Below are positions 1 through 9,905 of a stretch of 64,000 bases of DNA, in pieces. The DNA is taken from contig SLKJ01000030.1 in assembly GCA_007134675.1 (NCBI GenBank), forward strand, positions 1,998 to 65,997, written 5' to 3'. A program made the translations under genes and the position numbers. This DNA comes from Bacteroidales bacterium (GTDB lineage Bacteria > Bacteroidota > Bacteroidia > Bacteroidales > PUMT01). The notes beneath the pieces were generated by a model. It was not told the origin of the DNA and did not search any database. It saw only the letters and a list, made by a program, of their open reading frames with translations. The first letter of the stretch is position 1. Every line of letters begins with the position of its first letter.

Positions 1-1020
1 GAAGTGCCTGATCAGAATTGTTTCACAGGTTTCGATGCTTATAAAAGGGTTATTGAATCAGATGTGGATTATATTATCCTGTGCGAACCTCCTTTCTTCA
101 GACCCAGAAGCTTTGAAGCTGCCATTCGTGCGCGTAAGCACGTATTTATGGAAAAACCGGTTGCCGTTGATCCTGTGGGACTGCGGTCGGTACTGGCTAC
201 CGGCAGAATGGCCGAATCTGCAGGCTTGAATGTTGCTGCCGGGACGCAGAGAAGACATCAGCGTGACTATGTCAAAACATTCGAACAGGTAAAGAACGGG
301 ATGATAGGCGATCTGGTATCGGCCAATTGCTACTGGAACCAGTCCAAGCTTTGGCATGTAAACAGGGAGGAGGGATGGACAGATATGGAAGCGATGCTGA
401 GGGACTGGCCCAACTGGTGCTGGCTGTCTGGAGACCATATTGTTGAGCAGCACGTTCACAACATAGATGTTGTCAACTGGTTCTTTGAAAAACACCCTGT
501 TAAGGCCCTGGGGTTTGGCGCAAGGCACAGAAGGCCTACAGGTGACCAGTATGATTTTTTCAGCGTAGACTATGTGTATGATGACAACAGTCATATGCAC
601 AGCATGTGCCGTCAGATTGATGGTTGTACCAATAATGTATCGGAATTGATTTTCGGCACCAAAGGATATACCAATGCCCGTAACCAGATATGGGACAATG
701 ACGGAAATCTTATCTGGGAATATCAGTATCCTTTAGGCGATGACGGGCAGCCAACAGACCATGTGGCGGTAAGCCCGTATGACCAGACTCACATTAACCT
801 GGTTACAGCTATCCGCACTGGTAACTATATGAATGAGACCCGGCATGTTTCGGAGTCAGTTATGACTGCTATCATGGGACGTGTGTCAGCATACACCGGA
901 CTGGAGACCAACTGGGATGAAATGATGAGATCAGCTATGAAACTTGGTCCCGAGAACCTTGAGATGGGGCCTGTTGATATTCCCGCAGTTCCTCCGACTC
1001 CCGGGACGGCGCCTGCATAA
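1..1020 (+). CDS. Gfo/Idh/MocA-family NAD(P)-dependent oxidoreductase, C-terminal part (5' end cut by window edge)
   Basis: The frame is open from nt 1. It has the family-typical EKP motif (HVFMEKPVAVD) and a C-terminal alpha/beta domain. Stop TAA at 1018-1020 is followed by a hairpin and T-run. Confidence 0.7.
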   Translation, partial: EVPDQNCFTGFDAYKRVIESDVDYIILCEPPFFRPRSFEAAIRARKHVFMEKPVAVDPVGLRSVLATGRMAESAGLNVAAGTQRRHQRDYVKTFEQVKNGMIGDLVSANCYWNQSKLWHVNREEGWTDMEAMLRDWPNWCWLSGDHIVEQHVHNIDVVNWFFEKHPVKALGFGARHRRPTGDQYDFFSVDYVYDDNSHMHSMCRQIDGCTNNVSELIFGTKGYTNARNQIWDNDGNLIWEYQYPLGDDGQPTDHVAVSPYDQTHINLVTAIRTGNYMNETRHVSESVMTAIMGRVSAYTGLETNWDEMMRSAMKLGPENLEMGPVDIPAVPPTPGTAPA

Positions 1021-1040
1021 TCTAAAGCATCAGGTAATTG

Positions 1041-1070
1041 AAATCCCGTTATTATGCGGGATTTTTTTTT
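1041..1070 (+). terminator. Rho-independent terminator-like hairpin
   Basis: AAATCCCG (1041-1048) pairs with CGGGATTT (1057-1064), followed by a T-run to 1070, about 20 nt after the stop codon. Confidence 0.6.
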
Positions 1071-1276
1071 GCCCTTCTTTACTATCAGCTGAATGCTGAT
1101 AATTAAACATCCATATATTTGAAACGGTATGTCGTAATCCCATTCCTGCCTGAACAAATCCGGAATATTATGTTTATTTAGTTAGAGGGGAATAATTAGG
1201 ATATAAACCAATTGTTTAAGGGCATTTTTAATTATCTTTATACAGTTCTGTCAAAATCTGATTAATCAAGCGTCCA

Positions 1277-2029
1277 ATGGCATTTATAACCTATACAAGC
1301 GACGAACAGGCAGAGGTAAAGCATACCGATAAAGGTATTTTTGAAAAGAAACCGATCGGTTTTCGCGAAGATGACGGTCTGTTAAGCCCTTATTCAAATA
1401 TTTTTTACTGGACATACAAATGGACCGGGAAAGATGCCCGGTCAGAAGACCATTCCTATAAAGGATTTGAAATTTATACCTTTATGCTTACCGGTGAAAT
1501 TGAGTATTATGATAATCACCAAAGATTGTTGAATAAACTAACAGCAGGAGATCTGCTGGTACTTAGGTCGGGTAAAGGGGTTATACATACTGAAAGGTTG
1601 TTGCCAGGTTCATCGTTGATTCAGATTTGGGCAGATCCTGACCTTGAAAAATTAGTTCCTGAGCCGGCCCTGTATCATGACTATGCCTCAGATCAATTCC
1701 CCGTTTTAACTGAAAAAGGGGAAAGCACAAAGATTTATTGCGGACCAGGTTCACCTGTCAGACAGCAGACTGAACATCTGGTCATCAAGGAGGTTTCTTT
1801 ATCGGAAGGTAATCACTTTTATAAGTGCAGCAAAAAATTATTTGTATCCGGTTTTGTGCTGGAGGGAAATCTGGTTATAAGAAGGAACACTCTTGCTTCA
1901 GGAGATTTTTTTATTGCAAAGGAGGAGGAAAGCCTGGAAATAACCGCAATAACCGGTTGTCGCCTGTTTATTACTGAGTCTGCTCTTGAGCCTTCCTATC
2001 CTACACATGCGGAAAAATACCGGATATAA
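1277..2029 (+). CDS. Pirin-like cupin family protein
   Basis: HSYKGFEIYTFMLTGEIEYYDNH...LTAGDLLVLRSGKGVIHTE resembles the pirin N-terminal cupin signature (HPHRGFE..TY.L.G...H.DS.G....GD.QWM.AG.GI.H.E). Length is 250 aa. Confidence 0.55.
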   Translation: MAFITYTSDEQAEVKHTDKGIFEKKPIGFREDDGLLSPYSNIFYWTYKWTGKDARSEDHSYKGFEIYTFMLTGEIEYYDNHQRLLNKLTAGDLLVLRSGKGVIHTERLLPGSSLIQIWADPDLEKLVPEPALYHDYASDQFPVLTEKGESTKIYCGPGSPVRQQTEHLVIKEVSLSEGNHFYKCSKKLFVSGFVLEGNLVIRRNTLASGDFFIAKEEESLEITAITGCRLFITESALEPSYPTHAEKYRI

Positions 2030-2147
2030 ATGGCCGGTAAAACCTTTCCGGAAGAGTTTTATCCTTAATTTCCTTTGCATTCTTCCCTGGTTTTGAACAA
2101 CTTCTTTTCAACATCGGCTTATCGGGGACGGCTGCCTGAAAAATAAT

Positions 2148-2155
2148 TATCTTTG
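2148..2155 (+). promoter_or_regulatory. Bacteroidota sigma-A -7 element candidate (TAtcTTTG)
   Basis: Exact match to TAnnTTTG, 20 nt upstream of the 2175 start codon. Confidence 0.3.
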
Positions 2156-2174
2156 CAGTTTCTATTTTCTAAAG

Positions 2175-3068
2175 ATGCGTGTTGATCTGGAAAAAAGATC
2201 CTGGCAATGGATCCTGTTGATATTTCTGGCTTTTATCTGGGGCACCTCATTTATCCTGATGAAAAAGAGCCTGCAGTCATTTACCAATTTGCAGGTAGGA
2301 GGGATGAGGATATTTTTTTCTTTTGTTTTTTTTATACCTCTTATTTATAGGCATATCAAAAAGCTGGACCGCTCCAATCTCATGTCATTGCTAATAGTAG
2401 GCTTTGTAGGTAATGCAATGCCAGCCTTTCTTTTTGCTACGGCGCAGACAGAAGTGAGCAGTTCAATTGCCGGAATTCTCAATTCGCTTACTCCCATATT
2501 CACTCTTATAATTGGGATACTCATATATTCAAACAGGGTTGGATGGATGAGTGTTATTGGACTTATACTTGGAATGATCGGGGCTTTTGGCCTGATAATG
2601 AGCGTTAACAATCTTGATCTTGAAACATCCAATAACTGGTATGGAATTTTTGCCGTTATCGCAACCATATGCTACGGCATAAATGTCAATGAGATAAAAT
2701 TCAGGCTGAAAGATCTGGATGGCGTAGCTATTGCCTCCCTTGGTTTTCTGTTTATCGGACCGGTTGCCGGTGTGTATCTTGCATTAAGTGACTATTCTAT
2801 GGCTACCGCTTCGCCCTATATCATAAGCAGCATGCTGTCTGTCGTGGGACTCGCTTTTTTTTCAAGCTTCGTTGCAGTTATACTTATGAATATCCTCATT
2901 AAATACACCACAACTCTTTTTGCTGCTTCGGTTACATATATAATACCGGTTTTTGCTGTATTCTGGGGTTTGATGGATGGAGAGAGGTTTCTGATTTTAC
3001 AGGTTTTCTGGGCTCTGGTGATACTTGCCGGAGTATATATTGTAAACAGAAAAAATGTTAAATCATGA
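2175..3068 (+). CDS. DMT-superfamily (EamA-like) permease
   Basis: 297 aa with about 10 hydrophobic helices and a duplicated EamA-like organisation. Confidence 0.75.
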   Translation: MRVDLEKRSWQWILLIFLAFIWGTSFILMKKSLQSFTNLQVGGMRIFFSFVFFIPLIYRHIKKLDRSNLMSLLIVGFVGNAMPAFLFATAQTEVSSSIAGILNSLTPIFTLIIGILIYSNRVGWMSVIGLILGMIGAFGLIMSVNNLDLETSNNWYGIFAVIATICYGINVNEIKFRLKDLDGVAIASLGFLFIGPVAGVYLALSDYSMATASPYIISSMLSVVGLAFFSSFVAVILMNILIKYTTTLFAASVTYIIPVFAVFWGLMDGERFLILQVFWALVILAGVYIVNRKNVKS

Positions 3069-4690
3069 GCAGCAGGAGGAGGTGGATTTTGTCAGTTTCG
3101 GGTGGCGTTCTTGCCGCACTACCCTGGTGGGGATTACCGGTAGCTGTTCTGCTGATCTGCTTTGTGCCTCTACTGTTTGTTGAGGATGATATTCAAGCCG
3201 GTCGTGAACCGGTTATTTCATTGCTGCCTTTTGCTTTCATATTTTTCTTTTTATGGAATCTTGTTGTATGCTGGTGGCTGGCCAGAATACATTTTTTAGG
3301 CGGAATCAGCGTGGTGATTCTTAATTCCATAGTTATGAGCATAGTATTCATGCTTTATTCGCTTATTAAAAGAAAAACGGCTGGTGGGGTGGCTGTTTTT
3401 GTTATTTTATGGACCGGCTTTGAGTTCCTTCATTACAGGGGTGATCTTTCCTGGCCCTGGTTAAGCCTGGGAAACGGCCTTGCCGGAAATATAAGGTTAA
3501 TACAGTGGTATGAGTTTACCGGTACAACAGGAGGGTCACTCTGGATACTGCTTGTTAATGTTTTACTGTTTACCGTCATCAGGAGATCTTCCTGGAAGTT
3601 TCGGACACGGGCTGATTACATACTGGCTGCAATCCTGGTATTAATAGTAGTTCTGCCGGTTGTTATATCAGTTACTATTTTCAACTCATATTCCTTAAAT
3701 GGCCACCCCGGAAAAGTAAAGAACATATCAGAAAATTCTGAAAGGACCGGTTTTCTTATCCTTCAGCCCGGACTGGATCCCTACAGGGACAAATATGATG
3801 ATATTTCAAATTCTCAACGACTTGACCATCTGTTCAGCCTGATTGAGGATAATATTGAAGATGGTACTCGGTATATTGTAAGTCCCGAAACAGCAGTTGA
3901 CAGCATATGGATAACAGATCCGGGAGATGAACTCTCAAACAGGATTTACCGGTTTCTTGAGCAGTATCCTGCCTCAGGTCTGGTTTTGGGAGCTACAGCT
4001 TTCAGTTCGGTTCCCCGGAAGGGGAAAACTTTTACGACCCGTTGTGACGAGAAGGGAAATTATTATGATATTCATAACTCCGCCATTTTTTTTTATGATA
4101 AAGACCGCATGCAGGTGTACCATAAACATTACCTGGCAAATGGTGTTGAGCAGATCCCCTTTCAGTCAGTTTTCAGGTTTCTCCGACGGCTTTCCCTTGA
4201 TCTGGGTGGAGTTTCCGGAAGCCTCAAGAGGGGTGAAGGCCCGCAGGTGTTCACATCTCCGCTTCCTGATTCTCTGATCTTTGCATCTCTGATCTGTTTT
4301 GAGTCTGCTTATGGAGAATATGCTGCCCGGATGGTCAATAAGGGAGCGGAAATACTGATTGTTATAAGTAATGACGGCTGGTTTAAAAATACAGGGGCAT
4401 ACAGGCAGCATCTGCGATTTTCACAGATCAGGGCCATTGAGAACCGTCGTAGTGTTGTACGGGCTGCAAATACAGGAGTCTCGGCCCATATTTCACAGGC
4501 AGGAGAGATAATTGACCGGATCGGGTGGTGGGAGGAGGGTGCCTTGCCGGTTAATGTGGACAGGAATGAGAAGATTACTTTTTTTACCCTTTACGGGGAT
4601 TTCACCGGCCGGATCGCCTTGTTCTTTTCGTTGCTTTTGGTGCTGAATCTTTCAGTCAGATTTATCCTTAAAGCTCCCACATGGAAATGA
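3065..4690 (+). CDS. lnt: Apolipoprotein N-acyltransferase
   Basis: N-terminal polytopic membrane part plus a C-terminal CN-hydrolase domain (ICFESAYGEY, ISNDGWF). ATGA overlap with the upstream gene. Confidence 0.85.
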   Translation: MSSRRRWILSVSGGVLAALPWWGLPVAVLLICFVPLLFVEDDIQAGREPVISLLPFAFIFFFLWNLVVCWWLARIHFLGGISVVILNSIVMSIVFMLYSLIKRKTAGGVAVFVILWTGFEFLHYRGDLSWPWLSLGNGLAGNIRLIQWYEFTGTTGGSLWILLVNVLLFTVIRRSSWKFRTRADYILAAILVLIVVLPVVISVTIFNSYSLNGHPGKVKNISENSERTGFLILQPGLDPYRDKYDDISNSQRLDHLFSLIEDNIEDGTRYIVSPETAVDSIWITDPGDELSNRIYRFLEQYPASGLVLGATAFSSVPRKGKTFTTRCDEKGNYYDIHNSAIFFYDKDRMQVYHKHYLANGVEQIPFQSVFRFLRRLSLDLGGVSGSLKRGEGPQVFTSPLPDSLIFASLICFESAYGEYAARMVNKGAEILIVISNDGWFKNTGAYRQHLRFSQIRAIENRRSVVRAANTGVSAHISQAGEIIDRIGWWEEGALPVNVDRNEKITFFTLYGDFTGRIALFFSLLLVLNLSVRFILKAPTWK

Positions 4691-4749
4691 ACGTACCGTC
4701 GAGACAATAACCTGTCCTGCCAACCGTCAACTCAGGATGAACTTATCTT

Positions 4750-6789
4750 TCAGTTTCTCCTGAAATTCTCAATCCCAAGGTCCAAAAATTCAATGAATGC
4801 TTCGATGTCAAGATTGTATCCGCGGGGTTGATTTAACAGGTTGCCGTCTGCATCCATAAGCACGTAGTATGGCTGGGTGTTGGTGTTGAAGTTTGTGATC
4901 TGGTAATCCAGATTTTTACTTCCGATAGTTTTTTTCATCCTGCCGTCAAATTCGGATGTAATCCACTCATCTTCGGGAAGCGAAGTGCGGTCGTCAACAT
5001 AGAGAGCCACAATAATGTATTCTTCCCTCAATCTCTGTAAAACGCGCGGATCGGACCATACCCTTGCTTCCATTACCCTGCAGTTGGCGCAACCATGGCC
5101 CACAAAATCAATAAACAGGGGTTTATTCTGTTCTCTGGCACAGTGAAGAGCCTGCTCCAGATCAAAATACCCCTGAAGTCCGTGCGGCAGATTAAGAAAA
5201 TCGGCATATTTGGGCTCCTCACAGAGTTCACCGTGATCAGTTCCGGAAAGTTCTGCATCGCGAATAATGGAAATTATATCAAAAGAATGGGTATTCCGGG
5301 CAGGGAGCATCGAAGATAAAGATTTTAGCGGGGCACCGAACATTCCCGGTATAAGGTATAACACGAATGAAAATACGGCTATGGCAAGAAACAGCCTTGG
5401 TACACCGATATGTGTAACATCACTGTCATTGGAAAATTTTATTTTCCCCAGAAGATACAGTCCCAGAAGCGAAAAAATAACAATCCATATTGAAAGGTAT
5501 ATATCCCTGCTAAGAACTCCAATCTGGTAAACCTGGTCGATGGTAAGCAGGAACCTTAGACTGAATGCAAGCACAATAAACCCAAGCACGATCTTGACCG
5601 AGTTCATCCATCCTCCTGATTTGGGCAGCTTGCCGATCCATGAAGGGAATATGGCCAGAAGAGTGAACGGAATTGCAAAAGCGAGGGAAAACCCGAACAT
5701 TCCAACAACCGGTTGCGATCCCCCGCCCGAGGCAGCCTCTACCAGCAGCGCACCAATAATTGGTCCGACACACGAAAGTGATACAATAACAAGTGTAAGG
5801 GCCATGAAAAAGGATCCGATATATCCTCCTCCTTCAACTTTCCGGTCCGCTTTGGTTGCCAGATTGCCTGGCAGAACTATCTCAAAGAGACCAAAAAAAG
5901 ATGCTGCAAAGGCAACAAAAAGCAGAAAAAATATCAGATTGGGCAGCCAGTGTGAAGTAAGAAGATTTGCAAATCCGGCACCAACGCTCGTAAGCGATAC
6001 CAGAAGTCCGAGACTTGTATACACTGCAATTATTGATAAACCGAAGATAACAGCATTGATTACCGAATTCAGCCGGCCCGCTTGTTTTTGCATAAAGTAG
6101 GAAACGGTCATGGGGATCATCGGAAAAACACAGGGAGTAAGCATTCCTGCAAGTCCCCCGGCAAAAGCTATAAAGAAAAATATCCACAACGACCGTTCTG
6201 TTGCGGAAGGACCGTTTTCATCGGTGAAGACAACACTTTCTTCTTCTGCGGGTTTATCTTCGGGGACTACTTCAACAGGGCCGGCCTCTTCAGTTTGTTC
6301 TATATCAACTGAAGCAACGGCTCCGGCATTGATCAGATATTTAAATTCCTTTTCCTGCGGAGGGAGACAGCGCTCATCGTCGCAACTCATGTATTCAACA
6401 AAGCCTGTAATTATAAACTCTTCATCTGTCAGCACTTTCACTTTTTGCCTGAACCCGGCCTCATTGCTGAAAAGCGGGAGATCCATATTGAAGAAGGGAT
6501 CAAATTTAATCTCCGGACTTTTTAGGTCTTCCATGCTGCCAATCAGCTCGAAATGTTCTGTCTCATCAATATGGAAAAAAGTCGGAATTGGTCCCCCATC
6601 AGGTATTTCCTGTCCGTAAAGATACCAGTCCTCATCTATCGTTGCATTTATAATGAGATGCAATTCCCGGGGGGCTGACCGTTCTTTTGCAAATTCCCAC
6701 TTTACAGGCTCAAGGATCTGGTTAAATCCGCTGTTTATAAAAAACAGGAATCCTGCAAAGCTGAGCAGAATTAGTTTCATTTTTTGCAT
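4750..6789 (-). CDS. dsbD: Thiol:disulfide interchange protein DsbD-like (cytochrome c biogenesis transmembrane domain plus thioredoxin domain)
   Basis: Signal peptide, central membrane domain with a CVFPMIP motif, and a C-terminal thioredoxin fold with CxxC (GHGCANCRVME). Confidence 0.85.
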   Translation of the reverse strand: MQKMKLILLSFAGFLFFINSGFNQILEPVKWEFAKERSAPRELHLIINATIDEDWYLYGQEIPDGGPIPTFFHIDETEHFELIGSMEDLKSPEIKFDPFFNMDLPLFSNEAGFRQKVKVLTDEEFIITGFVEYMSCDDERCLPPQEKEFKYLINAGAVASVDIEQTEEAGPVEVVPEDKPAEEESVVFTDENGPSATERSLWIFFFIAFAGGLAGMLTPCVFPMIPMTVSYFMQKQAGRLNSVINAVIFGLSIIAVYTSLGLLVSLTSVGAGFANLLTSHWLPNLIFFLLFVAFAASFFGLFEIVLPGNLATKADRKVEGGGYIGSFFMALTLVIVSLSCVGPIIGALLVEAASGGGSQPVVGMFGFSLAFAIPFTLLAIFPSWIGKLPKSGGWMNSVKIVLGFIVLAFSLRFLLTIDQVYQIGVLSRDIYLSIWIVIFSLLGLYLLGKIKFSNDSDVTHIGVPRLFLAIAVFSFVLYLIPGMFGAPLKSLSSMLPARNTHSFDIISIIRDAELSGTDHGELCEEPKYADFLNLPHGLQGYFDLEQALHCAREQNKPLFIDFVGHGCANCRVMEARVWSDPRVLQRLREEYIIVALYVDDRTSLPEDEWITSEFDGRMKKTIGSKNLDYQITNFNTNTQPYYVLMDADGNLLNQPRGYNLDIEAFIEFLDLGIENFRRN

Positions 6790-6953
6790 GACACCTCTAT
6801 ATTGTTATATTTTTATTCCAAATTGATACACTATGGTAGAGTTACAGAATTACTTATTCCTTTGTTCAAACCATGGCAAAATTACAAAAAGAAGGGTTGA
6901 TATGAATTTAAATATTGTTAAATGAATACATGCAAAGTGATGGGGTTTATGTT

Positions 6954-8510
6954 TCAGAGCGTAAGATCGAGCTCATCCCCATCAGGTGTATAAAAGTGGT
7001 GCTCCATAAAATGGTATGACATCACCGGAATGATCTTTATGATTCGCCGGTATTTAAGGATCCAGCTGACTCTTTTTGAAATCAGCCCTTTCGTTAGCCA
7101 GGCCTCAATATATGGATGGACTTTAATGATCACTCTTCCGGGATTGGATTCTTCAATTATTGTCTTTAGTTTATCTCCAATTTCATCTGTAAAAAGGATG
7201 CTTGGGTTAATCTCTCCAGTGCCATGGCAGGTAGGACATTTTTCCATCGTCTGTATGTTCATCTCTGGCCGGACTCTTTGACGGGTAAGTTGCATTAAAC
7301 CGAACTTGCTTAGAGGTAGTATGTTGTGCTTTGTCCGGTCTTCTGACATGAACTCTTTCATTTTGTCAAACAGCATCTGTTTATTCTCCCTGGAATGCAT
7401 ATCAATAAAATCCACAACTATTATTCCTCCCATATCGCGCAGGCGAAGCTGACGGGCTATTTCTTCTGCAGCAACAAGGTTTACCGCAAGGGCATTGGCT
7501 TCCTGATTATCTCCGCTTTTGGACCTGTTGCCACTGTTTACATCTATAACGTGGAGTGCTTCAGTATGCTCTATTATAAGATATGCTCCGTTCCGGCATG
7601 ACACCGTTTTTCCGAAAAGTACCTTGATCTGCTTTTCAATTCCGAAATGATCGAATATGGGAGACTTGCCGGAATAATATTTAACAATTTTCTGCTTTTC
7701 AGGTGCAATAGTTCTGATATATTCCTTTATCTCTCCTGCAAGGATTTCATCATTTACATGGATATTGTTGAAAGAGACATTCAGCAGGTCACGCAGAATT
7801 GTAGAGGTACGGTCCATCTCCTGCAGTGCCAGCTTGGGTGCGTTTGCCCCCCTGACCTTTTCATATACTGATTCCCATTTACGGACAAGGTTCTTAAGTT
7901 CAGCATCCAGTTCTGCAACACGCTTACCTTCTGCAACTGTCCTCACAATCAGTCCGTAATTCCTGGGTTTAATGCTTTGGAGGAGGCGCTTCAGCCTGTT
8001 TCGCTCTTCTGCCGATTCAATTTTTTGAGAAACAGATACCTTATCGGAAAAGGGCATCAGGACAAGATTTCTTCCAGCTATTGAAACTTCAGAGCTTAAC
8101 CGGGGCCCTTTTGTTGATATTGGTTCCTTGGCGATCTGAACAAGCACATTTTGTCCGCTTGCCAACACATTGCCTATTTTGCCATCTTTGGCAATATCAT
8201 TTTCCGGTCTGAATCTCTGAAGTGAAGGGATTTTTCCTTTTTTTTGCTGTATTTGTGATATAAACTTGCTGAGGGTCTGGAATTGGGGGCCAAGATCGAG
8301 ATAGTGGAGAAAAGCATCCTTTTCATACCCGACATCCACAAAAGCAGCATTTAGCCCGGGCATTATCTTTTTGACTTTTCCTAAATAAATATTGCCTACA
8401 GTAAACTGAACATTGCTTTTTTGCTTGTTCAGTTCGACAAGCTGTTTGTTGTCAAGTAATGCAATGGCTATTTCGTCAGAAGTAACATCGACAACTAATT
8501 CTTTGCTCAC
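6954..8510 (-). CDS. rng: Ribonuclease E/G family protein
   Basis: 518 aa with an N-terminal S1-like domain (GNIYLGKVKKIMPGLNAAFVDVG), a catalytic core (HVIDVNSG..., VVDFIDM) and a Zn-link CPTCHGTG. Confidence 0.85.
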   Translation of the reverse strand: MSKELVVDVTSDEIAIALLDNKQLVELNKQKSNVQFTVGNIYLGKVKKIMPGLNAAFVDVGYEKDAFLHYLDLGPQFQTLSKFISQIQQKKGKIPSLQRFRPENDIAKDGKIGNVLASGQNVLVQIAKEPISTKGPRLSSEVSIAGRNLVLMPFSDKVSVSQKIESAEERNRLKRLLQSIKPRNYGLIVRTVAEGKRVAELDAELKNLVRKWESVYEKVRGANAPKLALQEMDRTSTILRDLLNVSFNNIHVNDEILAGEIKEYIRTIAPEKQKIVKYYSGKSPIFDHFGIEKQIKVLFGKTVSCRNGAYLIIEHTEALHVIDVNSGNRSKSGDNQEANALAVNLVAAEEIARQLRLRDMGGIIVVDFIDMHSRENKQMLFDKMKEFMSEDRTKHNILPLSKFGLMQLTRQRVRPEMNIQTMEKCPTCHGTGEINPSILFTDEIGDKLKTIIEESNPGRVIIKVHPYIEAWLTKGLISKRVSWILKYRRIIKIIPVMSYHFMEHHFYTPDGDELDLTL

Positions 8511-8590
8511 AATTCCTTCAGATTAAAGGAGGACAGCGGAAATGTCACGGAACGGCAGTTTCAAAAGATTCGGGATACAGTATATATAAT

Positions 8591-8617
8591 AAACCTAAAG
8601 AATGCATCTTTAGGTTT
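8591..8617 (-). terminator. Perfect 11-bp hairpin downstream of the bS22-like mini-ORF
   Basis: AAACCTAAAGA (8591-8601) pairs with TCTTTAGGTTT (8607-8617), with a 5-nt loop. It lies 36 nt beyond the stop of the minus-strand mini-ORF. The T-tract after it is weak. Confidence 0.4.
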
Positions 8618-8652
8618 ATATCAAAATATTTAATTATCAGCTTATATGCAGC

Positions 8653-8745
8653 CTATTTCTTTTTTTTGTGGCGATTCTTCCTTAAACGCTTTTTCCGTTT
8701 ATGGGTTGCCATTTTATGTCTTTTCCTTTTTTTTCCGCTTGGCAT
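8653..8745 (-). CDS. 30-aa lysine/arginine-rich mini-protein, bS22 (AURKAIP1/COX24-like) ribosomal protein candidate
   Basis: Manual translation of the minus strand gives MPSGKKRKRHKMATHKRKKRLRKNRHKKKK* (ATG at 8745-8743, TAG at 8655-8653). It is below the ORF-track size cut-off. It lies between the HU gene and rng on the same strand. Confidence 0.6.
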   Translation of the reverse strand: MPSGKKRKRHKMATHKRKKRLRKNRHKKKK

Positions 8746-8767
8746 TTTAAAATAATATTATCCGGAC

Positions 8768-9055
8768 TTATTTCTTTACGTATGTCTTTACTTTATTGAC
8801 AAATGTCTTAGAGGGCTTAAAGGCCGGGATATGATGTTCAGGTATGATGATAGTGGTATTCTTTGAGATATTCCTTGCAGTTTTTTTGGCTCTTTTCTTT
8901 ACAATGAAACTGCCGAAACCTCTCAGATATACATTTTTGTCATTTGATAACGAATCTTTCACAGATTCCATAAAAGCTTCAACTGCTTTCTGAACAGTTA
9001 TTTTTTCAATTCCAGTGTTTTTGGAAATTTCGTTAACAATGTCTGCCTTTGTCAT
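8768..9055 (-). CDS. HU-family DNA-binding protein
   Basis: 95 aa. MTKADIVNEIS...GFGSFIVKKRAKKTARNISKNTTIIIPEHHIPAFKPSK is the canonical HU/IHF fold signature. Confidence 0.9.
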   Translation of the reverse strand: MTKADIVNEISKNTGIEKITVQKAVEAFMESVKDSLSNDKNVYLRGFGSFIVKKRAKKTARNISKNTTIIIPEHHIPAFKPSKTFVNKVKTYVKK

Positions 9056-9279
9056 TTTTAAAATCTTTAGTTATCAATAATTTAGTCCATAATTTTAATG
9101 TCGGACTGCAAATATAATTTTATTTGTTAAATAAAAAAAACTCTTTCAGTCTAAATTTCAAAAACATAGGCAAAAATATGCATTTTTTATTAAAATAGTG
9201 AATTTTAACAAAATAGTTGTTTGGATTATACAGGATATTTCACTATATTTAGTATAGTACTAACTAAAATCTAAAAAAT

Positions 9280-9696
9280 ATGGTAAACAAGGTCGTACTT
9301 ATCGGAAATGCAGGACAGGATCCTGAGGTAAGACATCTGGATTCGGGTGTCGCAGTTGCCAATTTCAATCTGGCCACAAATGAAAGCTACAAGGATAAAA
9401 ACGGTGAAAAAGTAACACAGACGGAATGGCATCGGATCGTTTTGTGGCGCGGACTTGCTGAGGTAGCTGAAAAGTATGTCAGAAAAGGTGAACTTCTTTA
9501 TATTGAGGGGCGGTTGCGTACCCGGGCATGGGACGATAAAGATGGCAACAAAAGATATACCACCGAGGTATTTGCCGATAATATGAAGATGCTTGGCAAA
9601 AAATCAGACCAGTCAGGAGAAAATCGTCAGGATGAACCCGACCGGACTGAGGTAACCGATCCGCAAACTCCGGCAGATGATGATCTACCCTTTTGA
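9280..9696 (+). CDS. ssb: Single-stranded DNA-binding protein
   Basis: [18 protein letters not shown]...TEWHRIVLW... forms the OB fold. The acidic C-terminal tip DDDLPF is present. Confidence 0.9.
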   Translation: MVNKVVLIGNAGQDPEVRHLDSGVAVANFNLATNESYKDKNGEKVTQTEWHRIVLWRGLAEVAEKYVRKGELLYIEGRLRTRAWDDKDGNKRYTTEVFADNMKMLGKKSDQSGENRQDEPDRTEVTDPQTPADDDLPF

Positions 9697-9905
9697 GCCA
9701 GTATGAACTTATGATGGCCTGTTGCTGTTTTTGCTTATAATAGCATTCTCTGCAACTTACTTCAGAATTTTATTTGTGTTGATTGCATTATTGGTGTTTG
9801 GTCGGATTTATTTATTAACTTGCGATCTGAACGAGTGTCGAATTCTCTGCAATCACCTCGAAGAGGCAGATTTTTCGTGTATAAATAAATGATCGCTGAT
9901 CCGAT

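Noticed and set aside
5540-6619. Long antisense ORFs inside real genes. Examples: 5540-6100 and 6110-6619 within dsbD, 38483-38887 within nqrB, 41351-41782 within nqrF, 55666-56166 within gatB-aspS, and 62809-63614 within treY-malQ.
   Set aside because: They are shadow frames opposite strongly supported genes. Their composition is Ser/Pro/Arg-rich and they have no motifs.
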